This document shows, piece after piece, positions 42,435 through 52,695 of a stretch of 64,000 nt of DNA (the stretch's first letter is position 1; each line of letters opens with the position of its first letter). Below the pieces are notes generated by a model. The model was not told where the DNA came from and ran no database searches. It saw nothing but the letters and a program-made list of their open reading frames with translations. The stretch spans positions 480,001 through 544,000 of the forward strand of contig CAVQSP010000014.1 in assembly GCA_963715985.1 (NCBI GenBank). Direction: 5' to 3'. Source of the DNA: an uncultured Thermoleophilia bacterium. Its GTDB lineage: Bacteria > Actinomycetota > Thermoleophilia > UBA2241. A program made the translations under genes and the position numbers.

Positions 42435-43673
42435 ATGCGCTACTGCACGCTCAAAATCCTGGTCATCACCGCTGTCCTGGCCGTGAGCGGCCTCGCCGTG
42501 ATCGCCTGCGGCTCGGGCTCCGGGTCCACCGGCGCCCGGGACGAGACCGGCGCGGCGTCGCCGGCGCCGGCGGCCACCGGCGAGCCGCTCAAGATCGGCT
42601 TCGACGAGGGCTTCACCGGCTTCATGGCCATGGACGCAAGCCTGGCCGAGCAGGGCATCCTCACGGCCATCGACATGGTCGGCGGGCAGTGGATGGGCCG
42701 GCCCATCGAGTACTTCAAGGCCGACAACGGTTCAGACCCGGTGCAGGCCGTGGACAAGGCCCGGCAGCTGGTGGAGAGCGACGGCATCCAGTACATGGCC
42801 GGGCCCATCTTCTCGCCGGCCACCGCGGCCGTCACGGACTACCTGGCCAAGGCCGGCGGCATCCCGCAGTGCTCCATCGTGGGGCAGCCGAGCGACAACC
42901 TGAAGACGGCCAACGGCCTGGCCTTCATGCCGAACGGGCTGTACAGCTCCCAGGGCTACTACTTCGGCAAGTACGCCGCCGAGCAGCTCGGATACAAGAC
43001 GGCCAACTGCATCAACTACGAGGACACCGCCGCGCGTCAGCTGCAGGCGGGCTTCGAGAAGGGGTTCGCCGAGGGCGGCGGCAAGGTGCTGAGCACGCAG
43101 TACGTGCCCATCGACACCGTCGACTTCAGCTCGTACCTCACCACCCTCAAGGGCGCCGACTGCACCTACTTCTGGGTGTTCGGCAACGGCGCCGCGCCGT
43201 TCGTGAAGCAGTACAACGACTACGGCCTCACGGCGCCGCTCATCGCCCCGATGTCGAACAACTTCAGCGAGCAACAGCTGGCCGACCTGGGCGAGCTCGG
43301 CCTGGGCATGGTGGCCTGCGACTTCTACTCGCCGGAGGTCCAGAACGACCTCAACACCAAGTTCGTCGAGGCGTACAAGGCCAAATGGGACGGCGCCTAC
43401 CCGCCACCCCAAGCGTTCGGCGGCTGGCAGGCCGTGGAGCTCTTCCTGCAGGGCGTCAAGGCGACGAGCGGCGACACCACTCCGGCAGCCCTCATCGAGG
43501 CGATGTCGACGATCACGCTCGACACGCCCGCCGGCAGCGTGACCATGGAGCCGTACCAGACCGCCTTCACGCCGGTCCGGGACTGGTACATCCTCGAGAC
43601 GCAGAAGGTCGGCGACCGCATCGCCTGGGTGCCGATCTACACGTACGAGCAGGTGCAGCTCAACGAGAAGTGA
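42435..43673 (+). CDS. ABC transporter substrate-binding lipoprotein, copy 2
   Basis: Lipobox IAC; long identical stretches with 35956-37188 (PAPAATGEPLKIGF, QWMGRPIEYFKADN, VPIDTVDFSSYLTTLK). Confidence 0.88.
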   Translation: MRYCTLKILVITAVLAVSGLAVIACGSGSGSTGARDETGAASPAPAATGEPLKIGFDEGFTGFMAMDASLAEQGILTAIDMVGGQWMGRPIEYFKADNGSDPVQAVDKARQLVESDGIQYMAGPIFSPATAAVTDYLAKAGGIPQCSIVGQPSDNLKTANGLAFMPNGLYSSQGYYFGKYAAEQLGYKTANCINYEDTAARQLQAGFEKGFAEGGGKVLSTQYVPIDTVDFSSYLTTLKGADCTYFWVFGNGAAPFVKQYNDYGLTAPLIAPMSNNFSEQQLADLGELGLGMVACDFYSPEVQNDLNTKFVEAYKAKWDGAYPPPQAFGGWQAVELFLQGVKATSGDTTPAALIEAMSTITLDTPAGSVTMEPYQTAFTPVRDWYILETQKVGDRIAWVPIYTYEQVQLNEK

Positions 43674-43717
43674 CGGCGCTCGCGAGGCTCGCACTCGGGT
43701 ACGACCGACCAGGAGTG

Positions 43718-43754
43718 CCGGGGGCCTCACGACGCTGCGTCGTGAGGCCCCCGG
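43718..43754. repeat. perfect 18-bp inverted repeat with 1-nt centre
   Basis: CCGGGGGCCTCACGACGC-T-GCGTCGTGAGGCCCCCGG. Confidence 0.7.
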
Positions 43755-43829
43755 GCGTCGCATGCCGGGGCGTCGTGGCGGCGCCCACAGTCGCCGGGTC
43801 AGCCCGGCCGGCAGGAGAGGACCGCTGAG

Positions 43830-44279
43830 ATGGCAGAAGGCAAGTACGACAAGTACGTGATCGATGACCCCAAGCTCGTCACGGAGCTTGCCCACCACGA
43901 CTTCACCGACGTGTCGGGCATCACCTTCCCGGACGAGGTCTTCATCGACAGGGACCTCGCCGGCGAGTCGAACCAGTGGCTCGACATCATGTGGATCTGG
44001 GACGAGCCGACCCCGCCGGACCTGCTCGGCGCTCACGTGCATCCATTCGACGAGATCGTGCTGCTGATCGGCTCGAACGCGCGCGATACGAAGGACTTCG
44101 GCGGCTCGCAGATCGACTGGTGGATGGGCGAGGGCGACGAGGCCGAGTACTTCCGCATCGAGAGGACGACAGCCATCTACGTGCCCAAGGGTCTTGTGCA
44201 TGGCCCCATGAAGTTCCCGCGGATCGTCGCGCCGGTGCTCAACGTGGTCATCGGGCTGAACAGCGGGGACTACGCCTGA
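43830..44279 (+). CDS. cupin-fold hypothetical protein
   Basis: HVHPFDE motif 1 and IYVPKGLVHGP motif 2. Confidence 0.7.
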   Translation: MAEGKYDKYVIDDPKLVTELAHHDFTDVSGITFPDEVFIDRDLAGESNQWLDIMWIWDEPTPPDLLGAHVHPFDEIVLLIGSNARDTKDFGGSQIDWWMGEGDEAEYFRIERTTAIYVPKGLVHGPMKFPRIVAPVLNVVIGLNSGDYA

Positions 44280-44349
44280 CGGGTGGCTGGGGCCGGGACC
44301 TGAGAGGTCGTGGCGGCCCTGGGCGAAGCGCCCCGCGGTCGCCGCGACC

Positions 44350-44912
44350 GCGCGACTACGAGAAGCTGGCCTCCGCGTGGGACCGCTACCACAGGGACTT
44401 CCTCCCCGATGTGCAGGCGGACCCTCTGCTGCCCGGACGCCCCTTCGACCTCCTGGGCGGCCGCTTCCTCAGCTGGCCGGGGCACGGGGTGGAAGACGAT
44501 ACCCCGTGGCAGTACGTCGAGGCAGAGTACATGAAGGCGGAGGACTACGACGCCTTGATCGCCGACCCTTCAGGCTACTTCATGCGGTCCCTCCTGCCGC
44601 GCATCGCCGAGGGCTTCGAGCCGTTCGCCGGCCTCGACCCGTTCACGGACTTCCTCGAGGCGGTGAACCTGCCGTTCAACATCATCCCGTTCGCGGAGCC
44701 GGGCTTCCTCGAGGGGATGAAGAGGCTCGCGGCGGCCGCGACGGCGGCCGTCGAGTATCTCGAAGCGGTCACGGCCATGGGCGCCCGCGTCACGGCTCGC
44801 CTCGGCCTGCCGACGCTCACCTCCGGGATGGTCAAGGCGCCCTATGACATCCTTGCCGACACCCTGAGGGGCACACGGGGCATCGCCACGGACCGCTACC
44901 GGCGGCCCCACG
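44350..44912 (+). pseudogene. internal fragment of a uroporphyrinogen-decarboxylase/MtaA-CmuA-family protein
   Basis: DYEK....W, WPGHG, QYVE.EYMKAEDYD.LI.DPS...R..LPR, PYD.L.D.LRG..G...D.YRRP; lacks start and C-terminal half. Confidence 0.6.
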
Positions 44913-44915
44913 AAT

Positions 44916-44964
44916 GCGGTGGCGGGCGGCTCCCCTCGCGGCTGGGGGAGCCGCCCGCCACCGT
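44916..44964. terminator. 20-bp stem hairpin at convergence point
   Basis: GCGGTGGCGGGCGGCTCCCC-N9-GGGGAGCCGCCCGCCACCGT, immediately after the stop of the minus-strand operon. Confidence 0.65.
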
Positions 44965-44973
44965 GTAGTCGGG

Positions 44974-47584
44974 TCAGACCTGCCGTGCGTCCGGCAGCCG
45001 CTCCACCTCGATGAGGCAGGTGTTGCACGCCATGCCCGGCGAGGTGGGCGTGATGAAGCGCTTGGACGTGAGCATGTTGATGCAGCCGGCGAGGTCGGGG
45101 GAGTGGCCCGGCTCGCCGGACGGCCGGTAGTCGGCGCACGACTCGTAGGAGTGCGCCGTGCCCGGCCGCACGCGCTCGGTGACGTACGCGGCGAGGATCA
45201 CCTCGCCGCGCTCGTTGAAGGCGCGCACGAGGTCGCCGTGGGCGACGCCGCGCGCCTCCGCGTCCTCCGTGCTGAGGCGGATGATCCAGTAGCGCCGGCC
45301 GTCGTCCTTGAGCAGGCGGTGCTCCTCGATGTCGTCGGCCCACCCGTCTTTGCCGTCCCCGTGCGTGTGGAAGCTGAAGCGCGGGTGGGGCGAGAGGAGC
45401 TGCAGCGGGAAGCGCTCTGTGAGGTGCGTGGTGTGGTGCCCCTCCCAGCTCTCGATGTACTGCGGGCCCATGGCGGGGCGCTCCTCGTCCACCACGTCGC
45501 CGGAGGCGTAGAAGCGGGTGAGGCTGGAGCTGACGAACTCGATCTTGCCGGTGGTGGTCTGCAGGCCCTTGCCGCCGACCGTGTCCCACGGCGGCGGGCC
45601 CCAGTCGGGCGTGTCCCGCTTGCGGTCCTCGGCGAACCAGCGCAGCGCCGGCGTGTACGGCTTGTCCTCGGGCACGGGCACCACGTAGTAGCCCTTCTCG
45701 CGGAAGTCGTCCCACGAGATGTGCTGCGGCATGTCGCTGGCGTCGAAGATGCGCTTGACCCAGTCCAGCTCGGTCATGCCGCCGTCGGTGTAGATGTCGC
45801 CGATGCCCATCTTCGCCAGCGAGCAGGGCGAAGATCTCGTAGTCGGACCTGGACTCGCCGAGCGGCTCCACGCACTTCTGCTGCAGGACGATGATGCGGT
45901 GGTTCACCTGCTCGAACTTGTGCGTGCCGTAGCCGGAGGCGTGCGCCCAGTCACCGATGTCCCAGCGCTCGAAGTTGGTGCAGGCGGGCAGCACGATGTC
46001 GGCGAAGCGCGTCTCGCCCTCCATCCAGATGGACTGGTTCACGACGAAGGGGATCTCGCCCTCGCGGTAGGCGGTCACGTAGCGGTTGGTCTCGGTCATG
46101 GTGCCGAAGAAGGAACCACCGTACCGGTAGTACATCTCCACGTGCGGGTAGCCCGGCGCCGGGTACTTGTACTCGGGGAACTGCGCCTCGATGGACGAGC
46201 CGCAGAAGCCTTTGCCGTTCCAGCGCAGCTCTTCGTGCCGCATGGCCTCCGGGATGCGCAGGCGCGGCACGGTCTGCCCCTCGGTGGAGTGCTGCGGGTT
46301 GCTGATGAAGCCGCCGTCCGGCCACATGCGGCTGGCCAGCTTCTTGCCCGCGGCCGTGCCGGCGACGTCGCCGGAGATGCCGCCCTCGGCGTAGCCGGGG
46401 AAGAAGAAGTCGGCGTCGAACGGCACGCCGCTGGTGGTGGACCAGAGGTTGCTGCCCGGCTTGCCGAGGCCCTGCATGGCGACGAGGGCGATCATGGCGC
46501 GCGCCCACTCGTTGCCGCTGGAGGCGCGGCAGGCGCCGCCCCAGCCGCCCTGGCCGCCCGCGGCGAGCATGGTCTTCCTGCGGCCCCAGCGGCGGGCCAG
46601 GGCGCGGATCTGGCGGGCGGGGACGCCCGACTCCTCCTCGGCCCAGGCGGGCGTCTTGGGCAGCCCGTCGCTCTCGCCGAGCACGTACGCCTTCCACTCG
46701 TCGAACCCGTGCGTGTGCGTGGCCACGTACTCCGTGTCGTAGGTGCCCTCGGTGAGCCAGGTGTGGGCGATGGCGAGGGCCAGCGCCACGTCGGTGCCCA
46801 GGCGCGGCGCCAGCCACTTGCCGCCTATCAGGGCCGCCGTGTGGTTGTGGTAGGGGTCGATGAACACCATCTCCACGCCGAGCTGCTTGAGCCAGTCGCG
46901 GCGGGAGGTGCTCTCGAAGGAGGCGTAGACGCCGCCGGTGGTCTCGGGGTCCGATGACCAGAACACCATCATCTCGGTGTGCTTGAGCGCGTCCTCGAGG
47001 AGGTCGTACTGCTCGGGGATGCCGAGGCGGTGGCTGAAGCCCCACATGTGGGCGCCGCCCCACTGCCAGCCCTCCCAGCTGTCCGGGTTGTGCTCGCCGT
47101 AGGTGTAACCGACCAGGTTCATGAAGCGGTTGTAGGCGCTGAAGCGGTAGCCGACGTTGCCCCACAGGTGGTGCGAGCCGGGGGTCGTGAGCATGCCCGC
47201 CGGACCGACCTCGCGCTTGATGCGCACGATCTCGGCGGCCACGATGTCGAGGGCCTCGTCCCAGCTGATGGGCTCGTAGCCGGACTCGCCGCGCTTGTGC
47301 GTGTTGCGCGCCCCGTCGGGGTCGAAGTCGACCCGCTTGAGGGGCGTGAGGATGCGCGAGGGCGAGTAGATGGTGGCGCGGTGCGCCACGGTCCACGGGG
47401 AGAGCGTGGTCTTGCGCGGGGGCGAGAACGAGCGCCCGCGCGCCTCGATCTTCCACGAGGGCGCATCGTCGTCGTCGAGCTGCAGAGGGATGATGCGCTG
47501 GATGCGTCCGCCGGCCACGTCGACGTGGACGGGGCCGCCGGTGGTGAGGCTGGTCAGTCGCCTGACGGGCTGCGTGGCGTGCAT
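44974..47584 (-). CDS. pyrogallol-phloroglucinol transhydroxylase large subunit-like Mo-bisPGD enzyme, paralog A (closest to PgtL/AthL; frameshift near 45818)
   Basis: TGGPV.V.V, DAPSWKIEARG, SHHLWGNVGYR, HNPDSWEGW, GGWGGACRAS, FPGYAEGGISGD, SPHPRFSFHT; no N-terminal Fe-S Cys, no Tat signal. Confidence 0.88.
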
Positions 47585-47804
47585 GCTCGGGTCACCGTCC
47601 GTGTGGGTTGGATGCAGTCGGAGTCTACCGGAACGGGCGGTCCGTTGCACGGTACGGAGCGCAGCCCCAGCCTCGGGAGAGCCGCCCGCGCGGGCCCGTG
47701 TCAGGGCTGTGACCGCGGCCGCGAAGAGGCCGGCCCGCGGCGCCTGAGACGGCGGCGCCGCGGGCCGGCCGGGGGTCAGCCGTGACGATCGCGCAGGCCG
47801 GCGC

Positions 47805-50012
47805 TCAGGCCTTTCCGTAGGTCGGCACGGTGCCGTAGTTCTCGCGTGTGGAACACCTCGTCCTGCATGTCCTCGTCGGCGGCCTTGTAGACCTTGCAGA
47901 TGAGGCAGGTCATGTCGGGCGACCCGTACATGGGGTCGAGGTGGTCGTTGCTGGTCAGCACGTTGGGGTTCGAGATGAACACACCGTGGTACCCCTTGGC
48001 CGGCTCCTCCGGATAGAACCAGTTGGCGGTGCACATGATCATGTCCTTCTTGATGCCCGCGAAGGCGTGCAGCTTCTGGCGGATGCGGCCGCGCTGCGTC
48101 TCGATCCAGATGATGTCGCCGTCCTCCACACCGTACTTCTCGCAGGTCTCCGGGTGCATCTGGCACTGCGGGAACTCCATGTAGCTGCGCAGCCAGGGGA
48201 TGTTGCGGTACTGGCCGAGGAAGTAGAAGGGCTGGCGGAAGCCGGTGCTCAGGAGGAGCGGGTACTCCTTGAACAGCTCCGGCGTGCTGACCGGGCTCTC
48301 GCCCGGCTCGCGGAACACCGGCAGCGGGTCGTACCCGAGCGACTCGAGGTGGTTCGACTTGAACTCGAACTTCTTGCTCGGGGTGGGGAACCCGCCACCC
48401 TCGTGCCAGTAGTCGGTCTTGTACTTGTAGTACACCTGGTCGGGCCCCATGCAGCCGCTGATGAGGTTCTTGCTGAAGTCCTTCCAGGTCATGGTGCCGT
48501 TCATGCCCTTGCGGACCTGGTAGTCGAGCAGCGAGGGGACGTCCTCGAACCACTTGTCGGGCACGACGCGCTTGCCGACCTCGTTGAAGATCCAGGCGTC
48601 GGCCTTGCGCCTCGCCGGGCGGGTCGATGACCTTGTTGTGCGCCTCGATCATGAACCGCGGGTGCATGTCGTACACGTCGTCGAGCTCGAGCCAGTGGGC
48701 GGCCGGCAGCACGATGTCGGCCGCCTCCGCCATCGGCCCCATGAAGAGGTCGGTGTGCGACATGAACTCGACCTTCTCGATGGCCGCGACGACCTCTTTG
48801 GTGTTGGCCATGTGCACGATCTGCTGCCCGCCGACGCTGAACCAGACCTTGACCGGGCTCTTGCCGTCGTTGATGGCCTTGACCATCGTGTCGGGATTGC
48901 ACGTGCGGGCGGCGCCCATCTTGTACGTGTCGCCGCCGATGATCTTGCTCGCCATCTCCGGGGTGATCGGCAGCTCCAGGAAGAAGTCCTCGATGAGGCC
49001 GGTCTCCGGCAGGACCCAGGTGATCATGCTGCCCGGCCGCTCGATGTTGCCCGCCAAGCCCATGAGGCAGGTGATGGCGCGCAGCGTGTGGCCGCAGTTG
49101 GCCTGGCGCTCGAGGGAGCTGCCGACCTGGATGCAGCCCGGCGTGTCGACGGCCCACATCTCGGCTGCCGTCGTCACGTGCTCCTTGGGGATCCAGCAGA
49201 TGTCGGAGACCTTCTCCGGAGTGAAGTCCTTGACGCGCTCGCGGAGCTCGTCGAACCCGAACGTCCAGTCCTCGACGAACTCCTTGTCCCAGAGCTCCTG
49301 CTCGATGATGTGGTTCATCATCCCCATGGCCAGGGCGCAGTCGGTGCCCACGCGCGGCTGGATCCAGAGCGAGGCCCGCGAGGCATACGCCGTGGCTCGC
49401 GGGTCGATGATGATGAGGTTCTTGCAGTAGTCGAGCGAGTTGATGAACCAGTAGGCCATCTCGGAGTCGGCGCTGCTGATCTCCAGCTGCTTGGCCCACA
49501 TGATCTGGGTCTTGGGGAACTCGCCGCCCCAACCGTGGTAGTCGCAGTACAGGCGGCCGTAGCCCGTCACGAGGCCGTAGAGCCCGAGCCGCGGGCTGTG
49601 ACACACGTAGCCGGGCGTGATGGCGTTGCCTGTGCCGAGCGAGCGCGCCATCTTCATGGTGTAGCGGTTATAGCCGCGGCCCGGTGCCCTGTGAGATGGC
49701 GATGGTGTGCGGGCCCGGGTCGGCGATCGCCGCCTTCATCTTCTCGGCGATCGTGTCGAGCGCCTCGTCCCAGCTGATGCGCTCCCACTTGCCCTCGCCC
49801 TTCTTGCCGACCTGCTTCATCGGGTGCTTGATGCGATACGGGTTGTCGATGTGCTGGATGCTCGAGAGGCCCTTGGAGCACATCGTGCCGTTGGTGGTCG
49901 AGTCCGGATTGCCTTGGATGTGGACGATCACGCCGTCTTCGACGGTGACGATGACGCCGCAGCCGCCGTGACAGCTCTTGCACGTCGTGAGGATCTGCTT
50001 GCGCTCAGCCAT
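47805..50012 (-). CDS. Cys-ligated Mo/W-bisPGD oxidoreductase with N-terminal [4Fe-4S], acetylene-hydratase/catechol-dehydroxylase clade (frameshifts near 49680, 48605, 47845)
   Basis: CKSCHGGC...CSKG, ISWDEALD, QGTG, GYVCHSP, IDPR, GTDCALA, ADIVLPAAHWLE, GFPTPS.KFE, GYDPLP.F.EP, molydop-binding C-terminus; 3' end 47805 or 47776 depending on frame. Confidence 0.82.
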
Positions 50013-50046
50013 TGTCTCCCTTTTCCGACAGGCCCGGAGGCCGGCC

Positions 50047-51024
50047 TCACGCGACCTTTGGAAGGACGGACCGGTAGATCCCGACCTTGAGGACGGAGTA
50101 CTTCAGGGCGAACGCCCCGATCGTGTGGCAGACGATCGCCACGACCAGCAGCGACTCGGTGCTTGTCGTCTCGCCCATGAACAGCGTCGCGAACGAGATG
50201 ACCAGCGGAGTGACGATGCCGAGGATCACGAGCAGGATCCAGAACACCCAGGCGGTGCTTCCCTTGATCAGGTCCTGCGCGGCGAGCTCGGCGGTCGAGT
50301 GCTTGCGGTAGGCGCGGACCAGGTAGCCGGCGATCAGCAGGGCGTTGACGATGAGGAGGATGCGGCTCCAGGACTCCAGTGTGTCGATGGCCACGTCCTT
50401 GCCTGTCATCAGGCTCACGCCCATGGTGAGGGCCAGACCGTCGGCGATGCCCATGATGACGAACACGATGGGCAGCAGGCCGGTGTTCCAGAAGGGGAGG
50501 CTCTTGCAGTAGCTCATGGCGAAGCCGCAGTACACGCCGGTGAGGACGATGAACACGCCGGCGACGATGCCGACGATCCAGGCGAGCACCGTGACGACGT
50601 CTGCAGCCGAGGCGCTGAGGTCGACCCAGTGCAGCAGGTACCACAGGACGATCTGCAGGAAGCCGGTGGCCGCGAACACGATCGAGAAGAACATCCCCCT
50701 GGCGAACCACGAGGTCTTCCAGGCCTTCGTGAACGGGGGGATCGCGCGCCAGAAGTTGCGCTTTCTGCCGAGGTACAGGAAGTGCAGCGGCAGCTTGAAG
50801 AGCATGATCAGCGCCCAGCCGAGCACGGTGGCCCACCAGGCGCCGGTGGTGATCCCCCAGATCCCGGCGATCAGGCCCACGAGGTACGTGCCCATGCCGA
50901 GCGCGGAGAAGACCTCGGCGAGCCACACGAGGATGCCCTTGCCGGAGATCCACTCCTTCTGGCGCATGGGCTTGACCATCCACTCGTGGGTGGTGATCCA
51001 CTGGCGGCGGGTCTGCGCCTTCAT
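50047..51024 (-). CDS. NrfD/PsrC-family membrane anchor (quinone-interacting)
   Basis: About 8 hydrophobic helices, HFLYLGR, TSWFARG, Y.GF..S....PFWN, LKVG. Confidence 0.82.
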   Translation of the reverse strand: MKAQTRRQWITTHEWMVKPMRQKEWISGKGILVWLAEVFSALGMGTYLVGLIAGIWGITTGAWWATVLGWALIMLFKLPLHFLYLGRKRNFWRAIPPFTKAWKTSWFARGMFFSIVFAATGFLQIVLWYLLHWVDLSASAADVVTVLAWIVGIVAGVFIVLTGVYCGFAMSYCKSLPFWNTGLLPIVFVIMGIADGLALTMGVSLMTGKDVAIDTLESWSRILLIVNALLIAGYLVRAYRKHSTAELAAQDLIKGSTAWVFWILLVILGIVTPLVISFATLFMGETTSTESLLVVAIVCHTIGAFALKYSVLKVGIYRSVLPKVA

Positions 51025-51812
51025 GACGTCACCTCCGCCTCATCCTTGTCGTGGCCGTGGATGCGCCGGTACGCGTCGCGGTCGACGGTGCTCAGGTGCT
51101 GGATGTGACTGCCCGTCTGCGCCTCACGCGGCGCGCTGTTGGACGGCGCACCGCCCAGCCTGTAGTCGATGTAGTACACCGAGGGATCGGTGGCGTACTC
51201 CGTGCGCAGCTGAAAGCCGATGCGGTCGCGGATGAGCCGCGAGACGTTGCTGTCCGGGTCGTCGAGATCGCCGAAGGTGAGAGCCCGCGCCTGGCACGTG
51301 TTGACGCACGCGGGGGTGGCGTCGCGGTCGATGCCGGGCCACAGCCCCTTGGACATCCCGTCGTCGATGCGCTCCGCGCAGAAGTTGCACTTCTCGGTGG
51401 TCCCCCGCTGGTGCGGGTAGAGCTCCTTGCCCTTCTTCTCGAAGCGGGTCTTCTCGTAGCCGGGGAAGTAGCCCGGGTCCTTGTCCTTGGAGAGGAAGGT
51501 GCGGTTCTGGTATGGGCAGGCGATCACGCAGTACCGGCAGCCGATGCATTTGTTCGAGTCGATGACGACGATGCCGTCCTCGCGCTGGTGCGACGCCTCC
51601 GTGGGGCACACGTGCACGCACGGGGCATCGGCACACTGGTTGCAGCGCACCGGGTACGTGCTGACGTCCACGGCGCCGTCCTCGTCCACCTCATAGGCGA
51701 TGAGCTTGACCCAGGTGATGTGAAGCGGCAGGAAGTGCTCGATCCTGCAGGCGGCGACGCAGGCGTGGCAGCGCATGCACTTCGCCAGGTTGATGACCAT
51801 TCCCCATCTCAT
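51021..51812 (-). CDS. NrfC/PsrB/DmsB-type 4x[4Fe-4S] electron-transfer subunit
   Basis: WGMVINL.KCMRCHACV.AC, CNQC..APCV.VCP, CIGCRYCV.ACPY, KCNFC..R...PACV..C, FGDLDDP. Confidence 0.9.
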   Translation of the reverse strand: MRWGMVINLAKCMRCHACVAACRIEHFLPLHITWVKLIAYEVDEDGAVDVSTYPVRCNQCADAPCVHVCPTEASHQREDGIVVIDSNKCIGCRYCVIACPYQNRTFLSKDKDPGYFPGYEKTRFEKKGKELYPHQRGTTEKCNFCAERIDDGMSKGLWPGIDRDATPACVNTCQARALTFGDLDDPDSNVSRLIRDRIGFQLRTEYATDPSVYYIDYRLGGAPSNSAPREAQTGSHIQHLSTVDRDAYRRIHGHDKDEAEVTS

Positions 51813-51876
51813 CGGCGTTCTCCTGTTCGCCGGCGGACTGGTCCCGCGTCAGGGGGCGCGACGGCGACGCGGTCTC

Positions 51877-52693
51877 CTATCGCGCAAGGGGGATGTCTCC
51901 CAGGCTCACGTCGTTCTCGGTGCTGACTTCGCGGCTGGCGCGGCGCGAACCCCTCCGCGCTGATGGTGAGCGCGTACGTGCCCTCCTCGAGCCCGGTGAT
52001 CCAGAAGTCGCCGAACGCGTCGGTCGCGACGGTGACGGCCTCGCCGCCCCCGGCGGGGGTCGCGGTGCACACGGCGCCGGTCACGACCTCCTTCTCGACC
52101 GGGTCGTACACCGTGCCGGCGATGAACCTCTTCGGCACGTTGAGGTAGTAGACGCGTGGCTTCGTGCCGAGCTCCGGCTTCCTGACCTCGGCCTTGGCGA
52201 TGAGCTCGGCGAACTCGCTCTCCTCGCCGAACTTGAGCGCTGCGGTCGGGCACGAGTCGACGCAGCGCGGCACGTCCCACTCACCGCTGTCCAGCAGGTG
52301 CGCACAGCCGGTGCACTTCTGCGCCAGGTTGAGGTCGTCGTTGAAGTAGATGGAGCCGTACGGGCAGGAGTCGACGCAGGCCTTGCAGCCGGTGCAGAGG
52401 TCGGTGTCGATGATGACGAGGCCGTCGTCGCGCTTGTACATCGCGCCTTCCACCTTGCAGGACGCCATGCAGGGCGCGTCGTCGCAGTGGTTGCAGTGGT
52501 TGGCGACGTAGTGCATGCGCACCTGGGGCACCTGGCCGCAGATGTACTCGTCCACGCGCATCCAGAACTGGCCGCTGTCCGGCTGGGGCTTGGCGATGGG
52601 AGCCCAGTCGTTGCCGACGTGCTCGTCCTTGCAGGCGAACTGGCAGCCGAAGCAGCCGTTGCAGACGCCGACGTCTACGATGAATGCCTTCAT
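51877..52693 (-). CDS. transhydroxylase small subunit-like (PgtS/BthL) Fe-S protein with C-terminal beta-sandwich (frameshift near 51930)
   Basis: CNGCFGCQFACKDEHVGNDW, CNHCDDAPC, CTGCKACV.SCPY, KCTGC, TDAFGDFW domain, shifted end VSLGDIPL. Confidence 0.82.
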
Positions 52694-52695
52694 GG

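Noticed and set aside
44570-49657. 1695-aa ORF appearing to fuse two molybdoenzymes
   Set aside because: Artefact: a frameshift near 48605 throws the AH-like gene into an off-frame run that happens to be in frame with PgtL-A, which has its own ATG at 47584.
47805-50012. Call as true acetylene hydratase or a selenocysteine enzyme
   Set aside because: The catalytic Asp position is His, and the putative ligand codon is Cys with no in-frame TGA.
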